Source of the DNA: Hyphomicrobium sp.
GTDB taxonomy: Bacteria; Pseudomonadota; Alphaproteobacteria; Rhizobiales; Hyphomicrobiaceae
DNA length: 51,903 nt
Direction: 5' to 3'
NCBI GenBank assembly: GCA_031414095.1
Contig: JANNUW010000024.1
Span: 1-51,903 of the forward strand
Shown: positions 19,796-29,453 of the stretch, in pieces
Position numbering within the stretch: the first letter of the stretch is position 1
How the letters are laid out: every line of letters begins with the position of its first letter
Position numbers and translations under genes: made by a program
The notes under the pieces: generated by a model
Seen by the model: the letters and a program-made list of their open reading frames with translations, nothing else
Told to the model about the DNA's origin: nothing
Databases searched by the model: none

Positions 19796-19840
19796 ATGAA
19801 ATTGAAATTCCCCCTTCAGCGACACCGCCTGCCGCATCAA

Positions 19841-20266
19841 TTAGTCGGCGTTCGGCCGGCCCAATAGCAACGCCACGGCCTTGCAGACGTCATGATCATT
19901 ATAAGGTTTGGCGAGCACCGGGTTCATTTGAAATTCCGTTGGAAGTGCCATTTTGATATCGAATCCGGTTGAAAACACAAAGGGGACGAGTTGCTTGCGC
20001 AAAGCTTCAGCTATTGAGATAGTCGTCGTCTCGCCTAACCGGACATCCAAAAATGCAGCGTCGAATTTTTCAGATTGGATCAGCTTCAAGGCTTGCGGAA
20101 CGGTGCTCGCAATTGCAACTTTAAGTGCGCCGCAATCCAACAACATGCTTTCGAGATCGAGAGCGATCAGCATTTGATCTTCGACAACCAAGCATGAAAA
20201 CGCACCAGCGTACGGTAACGTACCATTCGTCACTGAGCACTCCGATCGTTGGGTAACTATGGACAT
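19841..20266 (-). CDS. single-domain response regulator (receiver only)
   Basis: Receiver signature is present: LVVEDQ acidic pocket, phospho-acceptor in AAFLDVRL, FVFSTGF, and conserved Lys in LAKPY. There is no output domain. Confidence 0.8.
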   Translation of the reverse strand: MSIVTQRSECSVTNGTLPYAGAFSCLVVEDQMLIALDLESMLLDCGALKVAIASTVPQALKLIQSEKFDAAFLDVRLGETTTISIAEALRKQLVPFVFSTGFDIKMALPTEFQMNPVLAKPYNDHDVCKAVALLLGRPNAD

Positions 20267-20394
20267 TTTAATCCTGACGAAGCCAACAAGGCGTGCACTT
20301 CATACGAAATCCCGCCGGTGTCATTTAACTAAGACATACAGGCGGCAGGCTCATGACGACGCGTAATCCCGGCACTTAACTGAAGACAGAGCTC

Positions 20395-21162
20395 GTGAAA
20401 TCAAAATCAGTTCGTCCCGCCCCAACCGCCAAGATGTCTACGCCTTGCCATCAGTGCCCTTTGCGGAAAATGGCCGCTTTCCGTGCGTTTACGGAAAAAG
20501 AATTGAACTTCATGGAAACTTTTAAATCGGGAGAGCTGACGGTCGATCCCGGTTCAACGATCCTGCTTGACGGCACCAATAGCGCCCACTTGTTCACGCT
20601 GCTGTCGGGGTGGGCGTTTCGATTTAAAACGCTTGAAGATGGCCGCCGGCAAATCCTCAATTTTGTGCTGCCTGGAGATTTTTTAGGCCTGCAAGGCTCG
20701 ATCTTCGACAAGATGCAACATTCCGTCGAAGCCTTGACGGCGACCACTCTGTGCGTCTTTCCGCGCGAGAAGGTTTGGTCGCTCTTCGAAAATCATCCCG
20801 GTCTGGCCTTTGACACGACGTGGCTCGCCTCGCGCGAGGAAACGATTCTCGACGAACATCTCTTGAGTGTGGGGCAACGGCGCGCTGTCGAGCGCATGTC
20901 GTTTCTGCTGCTACACCTGCACCGCCGCGCGCTGCAGTCGGGACTGGCTACCAAGAAAAAAGTGGATTTTCCATTTACCCAACAGCACCTCGCCGATGCC
21001 CTGGGCTTCTCGATCGTGCACACCAATAAAACCTTGAAACGCGTGCGTGCCACGGGCGCCATAAAGTGGGAAGGCACGACGTTCGAGGTCGTGGACGAAG
21101 ACAAGCTGCATGAGCTTGCGGGGAACCCGACATTTTCGTTGGGCCGCCGTCCGCTGCTGTAG
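20395..21162 (+). CDS. Crp/Fnr family transcriptional regulator
   Basis: It has a cNMP-binding-like beta-roll (LLDGTNSAHLFTLLSGWAFRFK, RQILNFVLPGDFLGL) and a C-terminal HTH (FTQQHLADALGFSIVHTNKTLKRV). The start is either GTG 20395 or ATG 20434. Confidence 0.8.
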   Translation: MKSKSVRPAPTAKMSTPCHQCPLRKMAAFRAFTEKELNFMETFKSGELTVDPGSTILLDGTNSAHLFTLLSGWAFRFKTLEDGRRQILNFVLPGDFLGLQGSIFDKMQHSVEALTATTLCVFPREKVWSLFENHPGLAFDTTWLASREETILDEHLLSVGQRRAVERMSFLLLHLHRRALQSGLATKKKVDFPFTQQHLADALGFSIVHTNKTLKRVRATGAIKWEGTTFEVVDEDKLHELAGNPTFSLGRRPLL

Positions 21163-21175
21163 CGCGCGGGTCGCC

Positions 21176-22360
21176 TCAACGCCGCAAAATGGCCTGTAAC
21201 ACGTTGCGCACACCAATGGCGCCAACAAAATGGTCGCTGTCATCGAACAGGGCGACGGGCGCGACGCCAGACCGGTGCATGGCGAGGATGACGGTCTTGA
21301 GGCTGGTGCCCGGCCGTGCCCAGTAGACGGGGCTCATGCCCGGCGGCACGGGCTGGTCGGCTTCGGTGCATGAAACCCAGGCGGCCTTCTGGCCGTTGCA
21401 CTCGGCCTCGCAGACGTTGCCCGCGCTGTCGATTTTAAAGCGTGTGGTCTTCCTGACGTCGAGCCAGACCCAGCCTTCGCCCGCTCGTTCTAAGTCGCGG
21501 GCATCACGCATGACATTCCACGCCGTCAGAACCGAAAGCGGGTTCACGTTGGAAATAAATTCGCGCACGTAATCGTTGGCGGGCTTCAACACGATGTCTT
21601 CGGGCGTCCCCGACTGAACGATGCGTCCGCCCTCCATGATGGTGATGCGGTTGCCGATCTTGAGGGCTTCTTCGAGATCGTGACTGACGAAAATAATCGT
21701 TTTCTGGATCGACTTCTGCAGCTGCAAAAGCTCGTCCTGCAGCTTGGTGCGGATCAGCGGGTCGAGCGCGGAGAACGGCTCATCCATCAGCAGGATCGGC
21801 GCATCGGTTGCAAATGCCCGAGCTAAGCCGACACGCTGCTGCATACCGCCCGACAGCTCGTGCACGTACTTGTTGGCCCAGGTGTCGAGGCCGACGAGTT
21901 TCAATTGGCGGTCGACGCGCTCGGTCAGCTCGGCTTCGGGGACGCCGGCCAGTTCGAGTCCCAGTCCCGCGTTCTCGCGCACGGTGCGCCAGGGAAGAAG
22001 CGCGAACTGCTGGAATACCATGGCGACTTGCTTCTGGCGGATATGGCGAAGCGTGTTAGCGTCGCACGACACCACGTCGACCATGCGGTCGCCGTCTTTG
22101 ACCAGGACTTCCCCGCGCGACACCTTGTTGAGGCCGTTGACGGCCCGCAGAACCGTCGATTTACCCGAGCCCGAAAGCCCCATGAGCACGGAAATCTCGC
22201 CTTCGTTGACGGTCAGGTTGGCGCCGGCCGCTCCGAGGACCGATCCGGTTTGAGCGAGTATTTCGGCCCGGTTGGCGCCGGCGTCGATGAGCTTGAGCGT
22301 GCCGGGAATGTCGCGCCCAAAAACGATATCGACATTTTTAAAATCAACTGCGACGCTCAT
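21176..22360 (-). CDS. proV: glycine betaine/choline/proline ABC transporter ATP-binding protein with C-terminal CBS region
   Basis: Walker A is GLSGSGKST, the signature is LSGGMQQRVGLARA and Walker B is ILLMDEPFSALD. There is a ~120-aa C-terminal extension. The start overlaps the proW stop (ATGA). Confidence 0.9.
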   Translation of the reverse strand: MSVAVDFKNVDIVFGRDIPGTLKLIDAGANRAEILAQTGSVLGAAGANLTVNEGEISVLMGLSGSGKSTVLRAVNGLNKVSRGEVLVKDGDRMVDVVSCDANTLRHIRQKQVAMVFQQFALLPWRTVRENAGLGLELAGVPEAELTERVDRQLKLVGLDTWANKYVHELSGGMQQRVGLARAFATDAPILLMDEPFSALDPLIRTKLQDELLQLQKSIQKTIIFVSHDLEEALKIGNRITIMEGGRIVQSGTPEDIVLKPANDYVREFISNVNPLSVLTAWNVMRDARDLERAGEGWVWLDVRKTTRFKIDSAGNVCEAECNGQKAAWVSCTEADQPVPPGMSPVYWARPGTSLKTVILAMHRSGVAPVALFDDSDHFVGAIGVRNVLQAILRR

Positions 22361-23211
22361 TTCTTACCTCCCGTACGTACGGACAAGGCGCGGTCGAGAA
22401 TGATCGCCAACACCACGAGGGCGAGGCCCGCTTCAATGCCGAGCGGAATGTTACGGTTGGAAAGAGCCTTGTTGACCGGGTTGCCGAGGCTCGGCGCACC
22501 GATAAGTGTTGCGAAAACCACCATCGACAACGACAGCATGATGCATTGCGTGAGCCCCGCCATGATCGACGGCAGGGCGGCGGGCAGCTCGACTTTCCAT
22601 AGCAGTTGACGCTTTGTGGCGCCGAAGCTTTCGCCGGCTTCTATCATCGGGCGCGGGATGGACGTCAAGCCCAGATACGTCATGCGCACGGGTGCGGGCA
22701 TCGCAAAGATGATGGTGACGATGAGCGCGGGCGCGGCGCCGAGGCCGAAGAGAATGAGAATGGGTATGAGGTAGACGAACGTCGGCATAGTCTGCATCAA
22801 ATCCAGAATCGGCTGCATCACTTTCCAGACCCGCGGGTTATGTGCCGCCCAGATGCCCAGCGGCACGCCGATGGACATGGACAAGGCCGTGGCGGCAACC
22901 ACCAGAACCAATGTTTGGACGGTTTCTTTCCAAAGACCCTGATTGATAATGAACAGGAAGCCGGCCAGCACGCCGAGCGCCAGAGGCTTGGAGCGTTGCA
23001 GCCAGTACGCAAAGCCGGCCAACAGTACGGCGAGCAGAACGGGCGGCACCTGCAGGAGCCAGTAAGACGTGCCCTCGACGCTCATGTTGAGCGCGTATTT
23101 GATGGCGTCAAACAGCCATTGGAAATTCGTGACGACAAAGTCGATGAGAGCTTTTCCCCATTGGCCAACGGGGATTTTCCACTCTGTGATCAGCTTCGAA
23201 ATGGGATCCAT
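22357..23211 (-). CDS. proW: glycine betaine/choline/proline ABC transporter permease
   Basis: Multi-pass membrane protein with a binding-protein-dependent permease EAA-like region (IEAGESFGATKRQLLWKVELP). It sits between proX-like and proV-like genes. Confidence 0.85.
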   Translation of the reverse strand: MDPISKLITEWKIPVGQWGKALIDFVVTNFQWLFDAIKYALNMSVEGTSYWLLQVPPVLLAVLLAGFAYWLQRSKPLALGVLAGFLFIINQGLWKETVQTLVLVVAATALSMSIGVPLGIWAAHNPRVWKVMQPILDLMQTMPTFVYLIPILILFGLGAAPALIVTIIFAMPAPVRMTYLGLTSIPRPMIEAGESFGATKRQLLWKVELPAALPSIMAGLTQCIMLSLSMVVFATLIGAPSLGNPVNKALSNRNIPLGIEAGLALVVLAIILDRALSVRTGGKK

Positions 23212-23300
23212 GTCGCGCCCCCAGACCCGAAGCTGGTCCGTGGTGGACGGCCGTTTCCATATCGGCCGTCCACACCCGGAAGCTGCGTGTCGTTATCGGA

Positions 23301-24230
23301 TTACTTTGCCAGTGCCGCCGTCACCGCCGGGGCTGCATCCTTGCCGTCTGCCGTCGTCACGCCCGCCAGCCACGGTGCGAAAGCGGCCGGGTTAGCCTTC
23401 AACCAGGTCTTGGCTGTGGCTTTGGGATCGGCGCTGTCCTTCAAGACCGGACCCATCATGGCGCCTTCCGCGGCGAGATCGAACTTGAGATTGGACAGGA
23501 GCTTGCCGACGTTGGGGCATTGCGCGAGGTAGCCGGCGCGGACGTTGGTCGAGACCGTCGCGGCGCCGAAGCCCGAGTCGCCCATGCCGTCGAGGTAGGC
23601 GATTTTCATGTCGCCCATGACCGGGTGCGGGGTCCAGCCGAGGAAGATGATCCATTCTTTGTTCTTCATGGCCTGCTCAGCCTGCGTGAGCATGCCAGCT
23701 TCGGAGCTTTCGACCAATTCGAAGCCTGCGAGCTTGTTTTCGGGCTTGGCGATCATTTCGCCGATGATACGGTTGCCGTCGTTGCCGGCTTCGATGCCGT
23801 AGATCTTGCCTTTGAACTTGTCTTTGTTGGCGGCGAGATCGGCTAAGGTTTTGACGCCCGCGTCCGCCACGTATTGCGGCACGACGAGGCCATAGCCGGC
23901 GCCGTCGAGATTGACACCAATGGTCTCGACCGACTTGTCGTCCGTGTAGGCCTTGATGTCGGCCGTCATGCTCGGCATCCAGTTGCCGAGAAACACGTCG
24001 ATGTCTTTGTTCTTGAGCGACGCGTAGGTTACCGGTACCGACAGCGTCTTGACTTCGGGCTCGTAGCCTAAGGCTTCGAGAAGGACCTGGGTAACGCCGG
24101 TCGTGACCTGGATGTCCGTCCAGCCGACGTCTGCAAAGCGCACTTTCTTGCAAGCGGCATCTTCTGCGGCTGAAGCTCCATTGGCAGCTAAACCAAGAGC
24201 CAGAGCGGCTCCAATCATCAGACGTTTCAT
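23301..24230 (-). CDS. proX: glycine betaine/choline ABC transporter substrate-binding protein (ProX/ChoX family)
   Basis: ATG at 24230 is preceded by GGAAGGA. Signal peptide is MKRLMIGAALALGLAANGASA. The ProX-type start of the mature protein is VRFADVGWTDIQVTTGV. The exact ligand (choline or betaine) cannot be told from sequence. Confidence 0.8.
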   Translation of the reverse strand: MKRLMIGAALALGLAANGASAAEDAACKKVRFADVGWTDIQVTTGVTQVLLEALGYEPEVKTLSVPVTYASLKNKDIDVFLGNWMPSMTADIKAYTDDKSVETIGVNLDGAGYGLVVPQYVADAGVKTLADLAANKDKFKGKIYGIEAGNDGNRIIGEMIAKPENKLAGFELVESSEAGMLTQAEQAMKNKEWIIFLGWTPHPVMGDMKIAYLDGMGDSGFGAATVSTNVRAGYLAQCPNVGKLLSNLKFDLAAEGAMMGPVLKDSADPKATAKTWLKANPAAFAPWLAGVTTADGKDAAPAVTAALAK

Positions 24231-24440
24231 GAGAAATCCTTCCAAAGCAGGAATTGTAGCGTGACGATGAGGCGCTCGGGCTCAAGCGACGCCCGTAAAG
24301 GCGTTGATCTCCCGTTTGGCGATCGGCCGCGAGCTCAACCCCGAGAAGATCACCTTGTGGCAAATTAGCAAGGGGGGGATCCGCCGATTTCTCAATTACG
24401 ACATGATCTATATTTTTCACGCCCTTGCCCGGGCGGGGCC

Positions 24441-25502
24441 TCAAATCGTGCCGATAGCTTCGCGGCGGCGACTGGCGGGTGTTTTTGCTGCATCGCCGAA
24501 CAAGGGCTGCTGGCGTTCGCTGCGCGGCGACCGGCCATAGAGGACACGGTAGGATTTGCTGAAATGGCACGCCGACTGAAAACCGCAGGCGACCGCGATT
24601 TGCGTGATCGACATGTCGGACTGTACGAGCAGGGCGCGGGCACGTTGCAGTCGCAACCGCAGGTAATACTTGGTCGGCGTCGTCCCCAGCGTTTCGTGGA
24701 ACATGCGCTGCACTTGGCGCAGGGATAGGCCGGCGAGATCGGCGATTTCGACCGCGGTCAGCGGCTCTTCGAAGTTGGCCTCCATCAGCTCGGCGATCTT
24801 GCGCAAGGTCTGCTGGCCCGATCCTAAGCGCGCGGCGAGCGGGATATATTGCCGGTCGTCACTATCGCGCACCCGGTCGAGAATAAACTGACTGGAAATT
24901 TCAGCGACGAGCGTTTTGCCGAAGCGCGCCCGCACCAGGGCCAACATCATGTCGATGGGCGCGATACCGCCCGTGCACGTAATGCGGTCACGGTCGATGA
25001 CGAACAGTTCTTCCAGAAATGACACCCGGCGGTAATTCTCGCGCAGACCCGCCATATTTTCCCAATGGATTGTGCACTGGTAACCGTCCAGCAGGCCCGA
25101 TTGCACGAGCGCGTAGGTACCTGTGCACAATCCGCCCAGCATCACGCCGTCGCGCGAAATTCTGCGCAGCAGGCCGGTGACCCGATCGTCGACGAACTTG
25201 GTGATATTGGTGCCGCCGCAAACGAAGACGATGTCGAGCCGCGGGCAGTCTTCATAGGTCGAGGCTTCGAGCGGCGTGAGGCCGCTGCTCGACGCCACCG
25301 ACTTCCCGTCGAGCGACAGCACGGTCCATTCGTAGTGGGTCTCGCCGCTCAGGTGATTGGCCATGCGCAACGTTTCGATGGCGCTGGCAAAGGCCATCAT
25401 CGTGAACTCGTTCAGCGTTAGAAAGCCGATCCGGCAAATCGAACCGATTTCTCGAGCCACGAGGGCCTGCTCCTTGGTTGACTGCGCAACGGGATGGCGC
25501 AT
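24441..25502 (-). CDS. GlxA/GbdR-like AraC-family transcriptional regulator with N-terminal DJ-1/PfpI (GATase1-like) domain
   Basis: The N-terminal GATase1-like fold has FVCGG. The C-terminal AraC double HTH is ITQIAVACGFQSACHFSKSYRVLYGRSP. It is divergent from betBA and upstream of proXWV. Confidence 0.8.
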   Translation of the reverse strand: MRHPVAQSTKEQALVAREIGSICRIGFLTLNEFTMMAFASAIETLRMANHLSGETHYEWTVLSLDGKSVASSSGLTPLEASTYEDCPRLDIVFVCGGTNITKFVDDRVTGLLRRISRDGVMLGGLCTGTYALVQSGLLDGYQCTIHWENMAGLRENYRRVSFLEELFVIDRDRITCTGGIAPIDMMLALVRARFGKTLVAEISSQFILDRVRDSDDRQYIPLAARLGSGQQTLRKIAELMEANFEEPLTAVEIADLAGLSLRQVQRMFHETLGTTPTKYYLRLRLQRARALLVQSDMSITQIAVACGFQSACHFSKSYRVLYGRSPRSERQQPLFGDAAKTPASRRREAIGTI

Positions 25503-25716
25503 TTAACGCGCTTGCTGCAACGCATTCAAACGAATTCTTGGGCGGCCAGCCCGAGGTCTCCAATCCTGACGTTAACGGCCGTGGCGGCCAAGACTGGAGT
25601 GTCGCAACATAAGCGTTAACATAAGTCGGTGCTCTCGTTACGGGACGGCTACGCGATCGGGTTAGAGCGAAGTGTTTGCGCGCCAAACAGGCGCGTAAGG
25701 ACTCAGAATTCCCGTC

Positions 25717-25736
25717 ATGGCCACGCAGGTGGCCAT
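25717..25736. promoter_or_regulatory. perfect 8-bp inverted repeat in the regulator/betB divergent intergenic region (candidate operator)
   Basis: ATGGCCAC-gcag-GTGGCCAT lies inside the unusually long (554 bp) non-coding region between 25502 and 26057. Function is not established. Confidence 0.25.
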
Positions 25737-26056
25737 CCACGACAAGCCTCCGCAAGGGTGATGAATCCCGTTGGGCCAAACTATGGCAACGCACTCATTC
25801 GTCCTGCGTGACCGAGCCGTTGAAGCTTGTCGTGGGTGGCCGCCTGTTGCGCGCTCGCGCGCAATCGCTCCGCTTCCGCTCCGCGACGCGGCCATGACAA
25901 TAAGAGTGCATGATGCGCCTATGTTAGCACGTAGGGAGTGTCGCAGCGGAAGTCGTTTGCGTCGCATCTGAAACAGAGCTGAAGCCGGCAAAGGTTTTTA
26001 GTTCAAAGCTAGGGCGTTGCGATCAATCGAACGTCGTCGTTTCGAGGTGAGCCGAT

Positions 26057-27517
<1,461 letters not shown>

Positions 27518-27521
27518 TGAC

Positions 27522-29183
27522 ATGAACGGCGGAAAATCATTCGACTATATAATCTGCGGCGCGGGATCGGCGGGCTCAGTGCTCGCCAACCGCCTGACCG
27601 AGGACGAGGGCGTGCGCGCGCTCGTGCTGGAGGCGGGCCCAAACGACTACAGCATTTTCATTCACATGCCATCGGCGTTCGCCTATCCGCTCGCGGGCAC
27701 CAAATACAACTGGCACTACGAGACCGAGCCCGAGCCGTATATGAACAACCGGCGGATGCACTGCCCGCGCGGGCGTGTCATCGGCGGATCGTCGTCCATC
27801 AACGGCATGGTTTACATTCGCGGCCACGCCTTCGACTACGACGCTTGGGCCAAGCGCCCCGGCCTTGAAAACTGGTCCTACGCGGACTGCCTCCCCTATT
27901 TCAAAAAATCCGAAACCCGGCTCAAGGGCGGCGACGCCTATCGTGGCAGCTCGGGCCCGCTTTATGCAACGACGGCTGCGTGCAAGAATCCTCTGTATCG
28001 CGCTTTCATCGAGGCTGGCCGTCAGGCTGGTTACCCGGTCACAGACGACATGAACGGATACCAGCAGGAAGGGCTGGGCCGCATGGATATGACGACCTAC
28101 AAGGGCCGCCGCTGGAGTACCGCCCAAGCGCATCTTCGCCCGGCCCTCAAACGCGGACGGCTCGAGGTGCGAACGCGCGCGCTCGTCACGCGCGTGCTCT
28201 TCGACGGGCGGCGCGCCATCGGCGTCGAATACGAGCGCGGCGGAAAACTGGAACAGGTGTTCGCCGGCCGCGAAGTGATCCTCAGCGGGGGCGCTATCAA
28301 CTCGCCGCAGCTGCTGATGCTCTCGGGCATCGGCCCAGCCGGCGATCTGAAGAAGCACGCCATTCCTGTGGTGCAGGACCTTCCGGGCGTAGGCAGCAAT
28401 CTGCAGGATCATATCGAAGCCTACGTGCAATACGCCTGCAAACAGCCGATTACGCTCTACGGCGCGACGGGCCCGCTTGCGAAACTCAAGATTGGTGTCG
28501 AATGGATCCTGACCCGCGGCGGTTTGGGTGCAACCAATCATTTTGAAGCGGGCGGTTTTATCCGCAGCGAAGCCGGCGTTAGGCAGCCTGATCTGCAGTA
28601 TCATTTTCTGCCGATGGCCGTCAGCTACGATGGCTCGTCGTCGGCCAAGGGGCATGGCTATCAGGCGCACGTCGGCCCCATGCGCCCGACGAGTAAAGGC
28701 TCGATTACGCTCAAATCCGCCGATCCGCGCCAGCATCCGCGCGTCCTGTTCAACTACATGCAGACCGAGCAGGACCGCAAAGAGATGCGCGCCGGAATCC
28801 GGCTCACGCGCGAGATTATGCAGCAGGGTGCGTTCGATGCGTTTCGCGGTGAAGAACTGGCTCCCGGAAATGGCAAAGTGAGCGATGCGGACATAGATAC
28901 TTTCGTCCGCGCGAAAGCCGAGAGCGCCTATCATCCGTCGTGCACCTGCGCCATGGGCGCCGATGCGATGGCGGTCGTCGACAACGCTGCGCGCGTTCAC
29001 GGTTTGGAAAATTTGCGCGTCGTCGATGCATCGATTATGCCCGACGTTGTCAGCGGCAATCTTAACGTGCCGATCATTATGATGGCCGAAAAGCTCGCCG
29101 ATGAAATCCGGCGCGTTAAACCACTGCCGCAAGAAAAAGTTCCCGTTTGGATGCACCCCGAATTTGCAACTCAGCAGCGTTAA
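27522..29183 (+). CDS. betA: choline dehydrogenase (GMC oxidoreductase)
   Basis: The FAD-binding N-terminus is FDYIICGAGSAGSVLANRLTED, with the GMC signature GGSSSINGMVYIRG. ATG 27522 lies 4 nt after the betB stop. In-frame upstream starts at 27480 and 27495 would overlap betB. Confidence 0.9.
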   Translation: MNGGKSFDYIICGAGSAGSVLANRLTEDEGVRALVLEAGPNDYSIFIHMPSAFAYPLAGTKYNWHYETEPEPYMNNRRMHCPRGRVIGGSSSINGMVYIRGHAFDYDAWAKRPGLENWSYADCLPYFKKSETRLKGGDAYRGSSGPLYATTAACKNPLYRAFIEAGRQAGYPVTDDMNGYQQEGLGRMDMTTYKGRRWSTAQAHLRPALKRGRLEVRTRALVTRVLFDGRRAIGVEYERGGKLEQVFAGREVILSGGAINSPQLLMLSGIGPAGDLKKHAIPVVQDLPGVGSNLQDHIEAYVQYACKQPITLYGATGPLAKLKIGVEWILTRGGLGATNHFEAGGFIRSEAGVRQPDLQYHFLPMAVSYDGSSSAKGHGYQAHVGPMRPTSKGSITLKSADPRQHPRVLFNYMQTEQDRKEMRAGIRLTREIMQQGAFDAFRGEELAPGNGKVSDADIDTFVRAKAESAYHPSCTCAMGADAMAVVDNAARVHGLENLRVVDASIMPDVVSGNLNVPIIMMAEKLADEIRRVKPLPQEKVPVWMHPEFATQQR

Positions 29184-29280
29184 CGACGCCTGCAAAACTA
29201 AGCTAACCCTAGCGTTGCCACATCGGCGCGTTATGTATGAGGTGTCTACTAGGTCTAATCACGGTGCCTAATCACCCATT

Positions 29281-29401
29281 CCGTCATCCCGGCGAAGGCC
29301 GGGATCCGGCGAGATTCTTAATGTTGGTTGTCCGAGTTGTTATTGGTTCTAAGCCTGAATTTTCTTCGAGACACCAGATCCAGGCCTTCGCTGGGATACG
29401 G
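29281..29401. repeat. MITE-like palindromic element (about 28-nt imperfect terminal inverted repeats around an AT-rich core)
   Basis: The left end is CCGTCATCCCGGCGAAGGCCGGGATCCGG (29281-29309). The reverse complement of the right end (29374-29401) is CCGTATCCCAGCGAAGGCCTGGATCTGG. Each end also contains its own short hairpin (ATCCCGGC-gaa-GCCGGGAT). The element lies in the betA-aceE spacer. Confidence 0.6.
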
Positions 29402-29453
29402 TGAGGAGAGGGCCGAGACCCAACGGCGAAAAGAGTTTGAGGAGCTTTCTCCG

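Noticed and set aside
24374-24380. G7 homopolymer upstream of proX, and another G7 at 19052-19058; possible phase-variation tracts.
   Set aside because: Both are short and intergenic, and one is in a terminator loop. Nothing suggests slipped-strand regulation.
22606-24570. 308-aa plus-strand ORF over proW and 297-aa minus-strand out-of-frame ORF over proX.
   Set aside because: The permease and binding-protein frames are clearly the coding ones (TM pattern, signal peptide, ProX motifs). The alternatives are Arg/His-rich GC artefacts.
25252-25991. ORFs 25252-25794 and 25662-25991 in the regulator/betB spacer.
   Set aside because: They overlap the 5' end of the regulator gene or each other, are Arg/Ser-rich, and have no motifs or ribosome-binding sites. 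I treat the region as non-coding pending an RNA or small-ORF search.
27576-29195. 539-aa ORF antisense to betA; also 26009-27040 antisense to betB.
   Set aside because: The sense strands carry unmistakable GMC-oxidoreductase and aldehyde-dehydrogenase motifs. Long antisense ORFs are expected in high-GC DNA, and the products are Arg/Ala-rich with no recognisable motifs.
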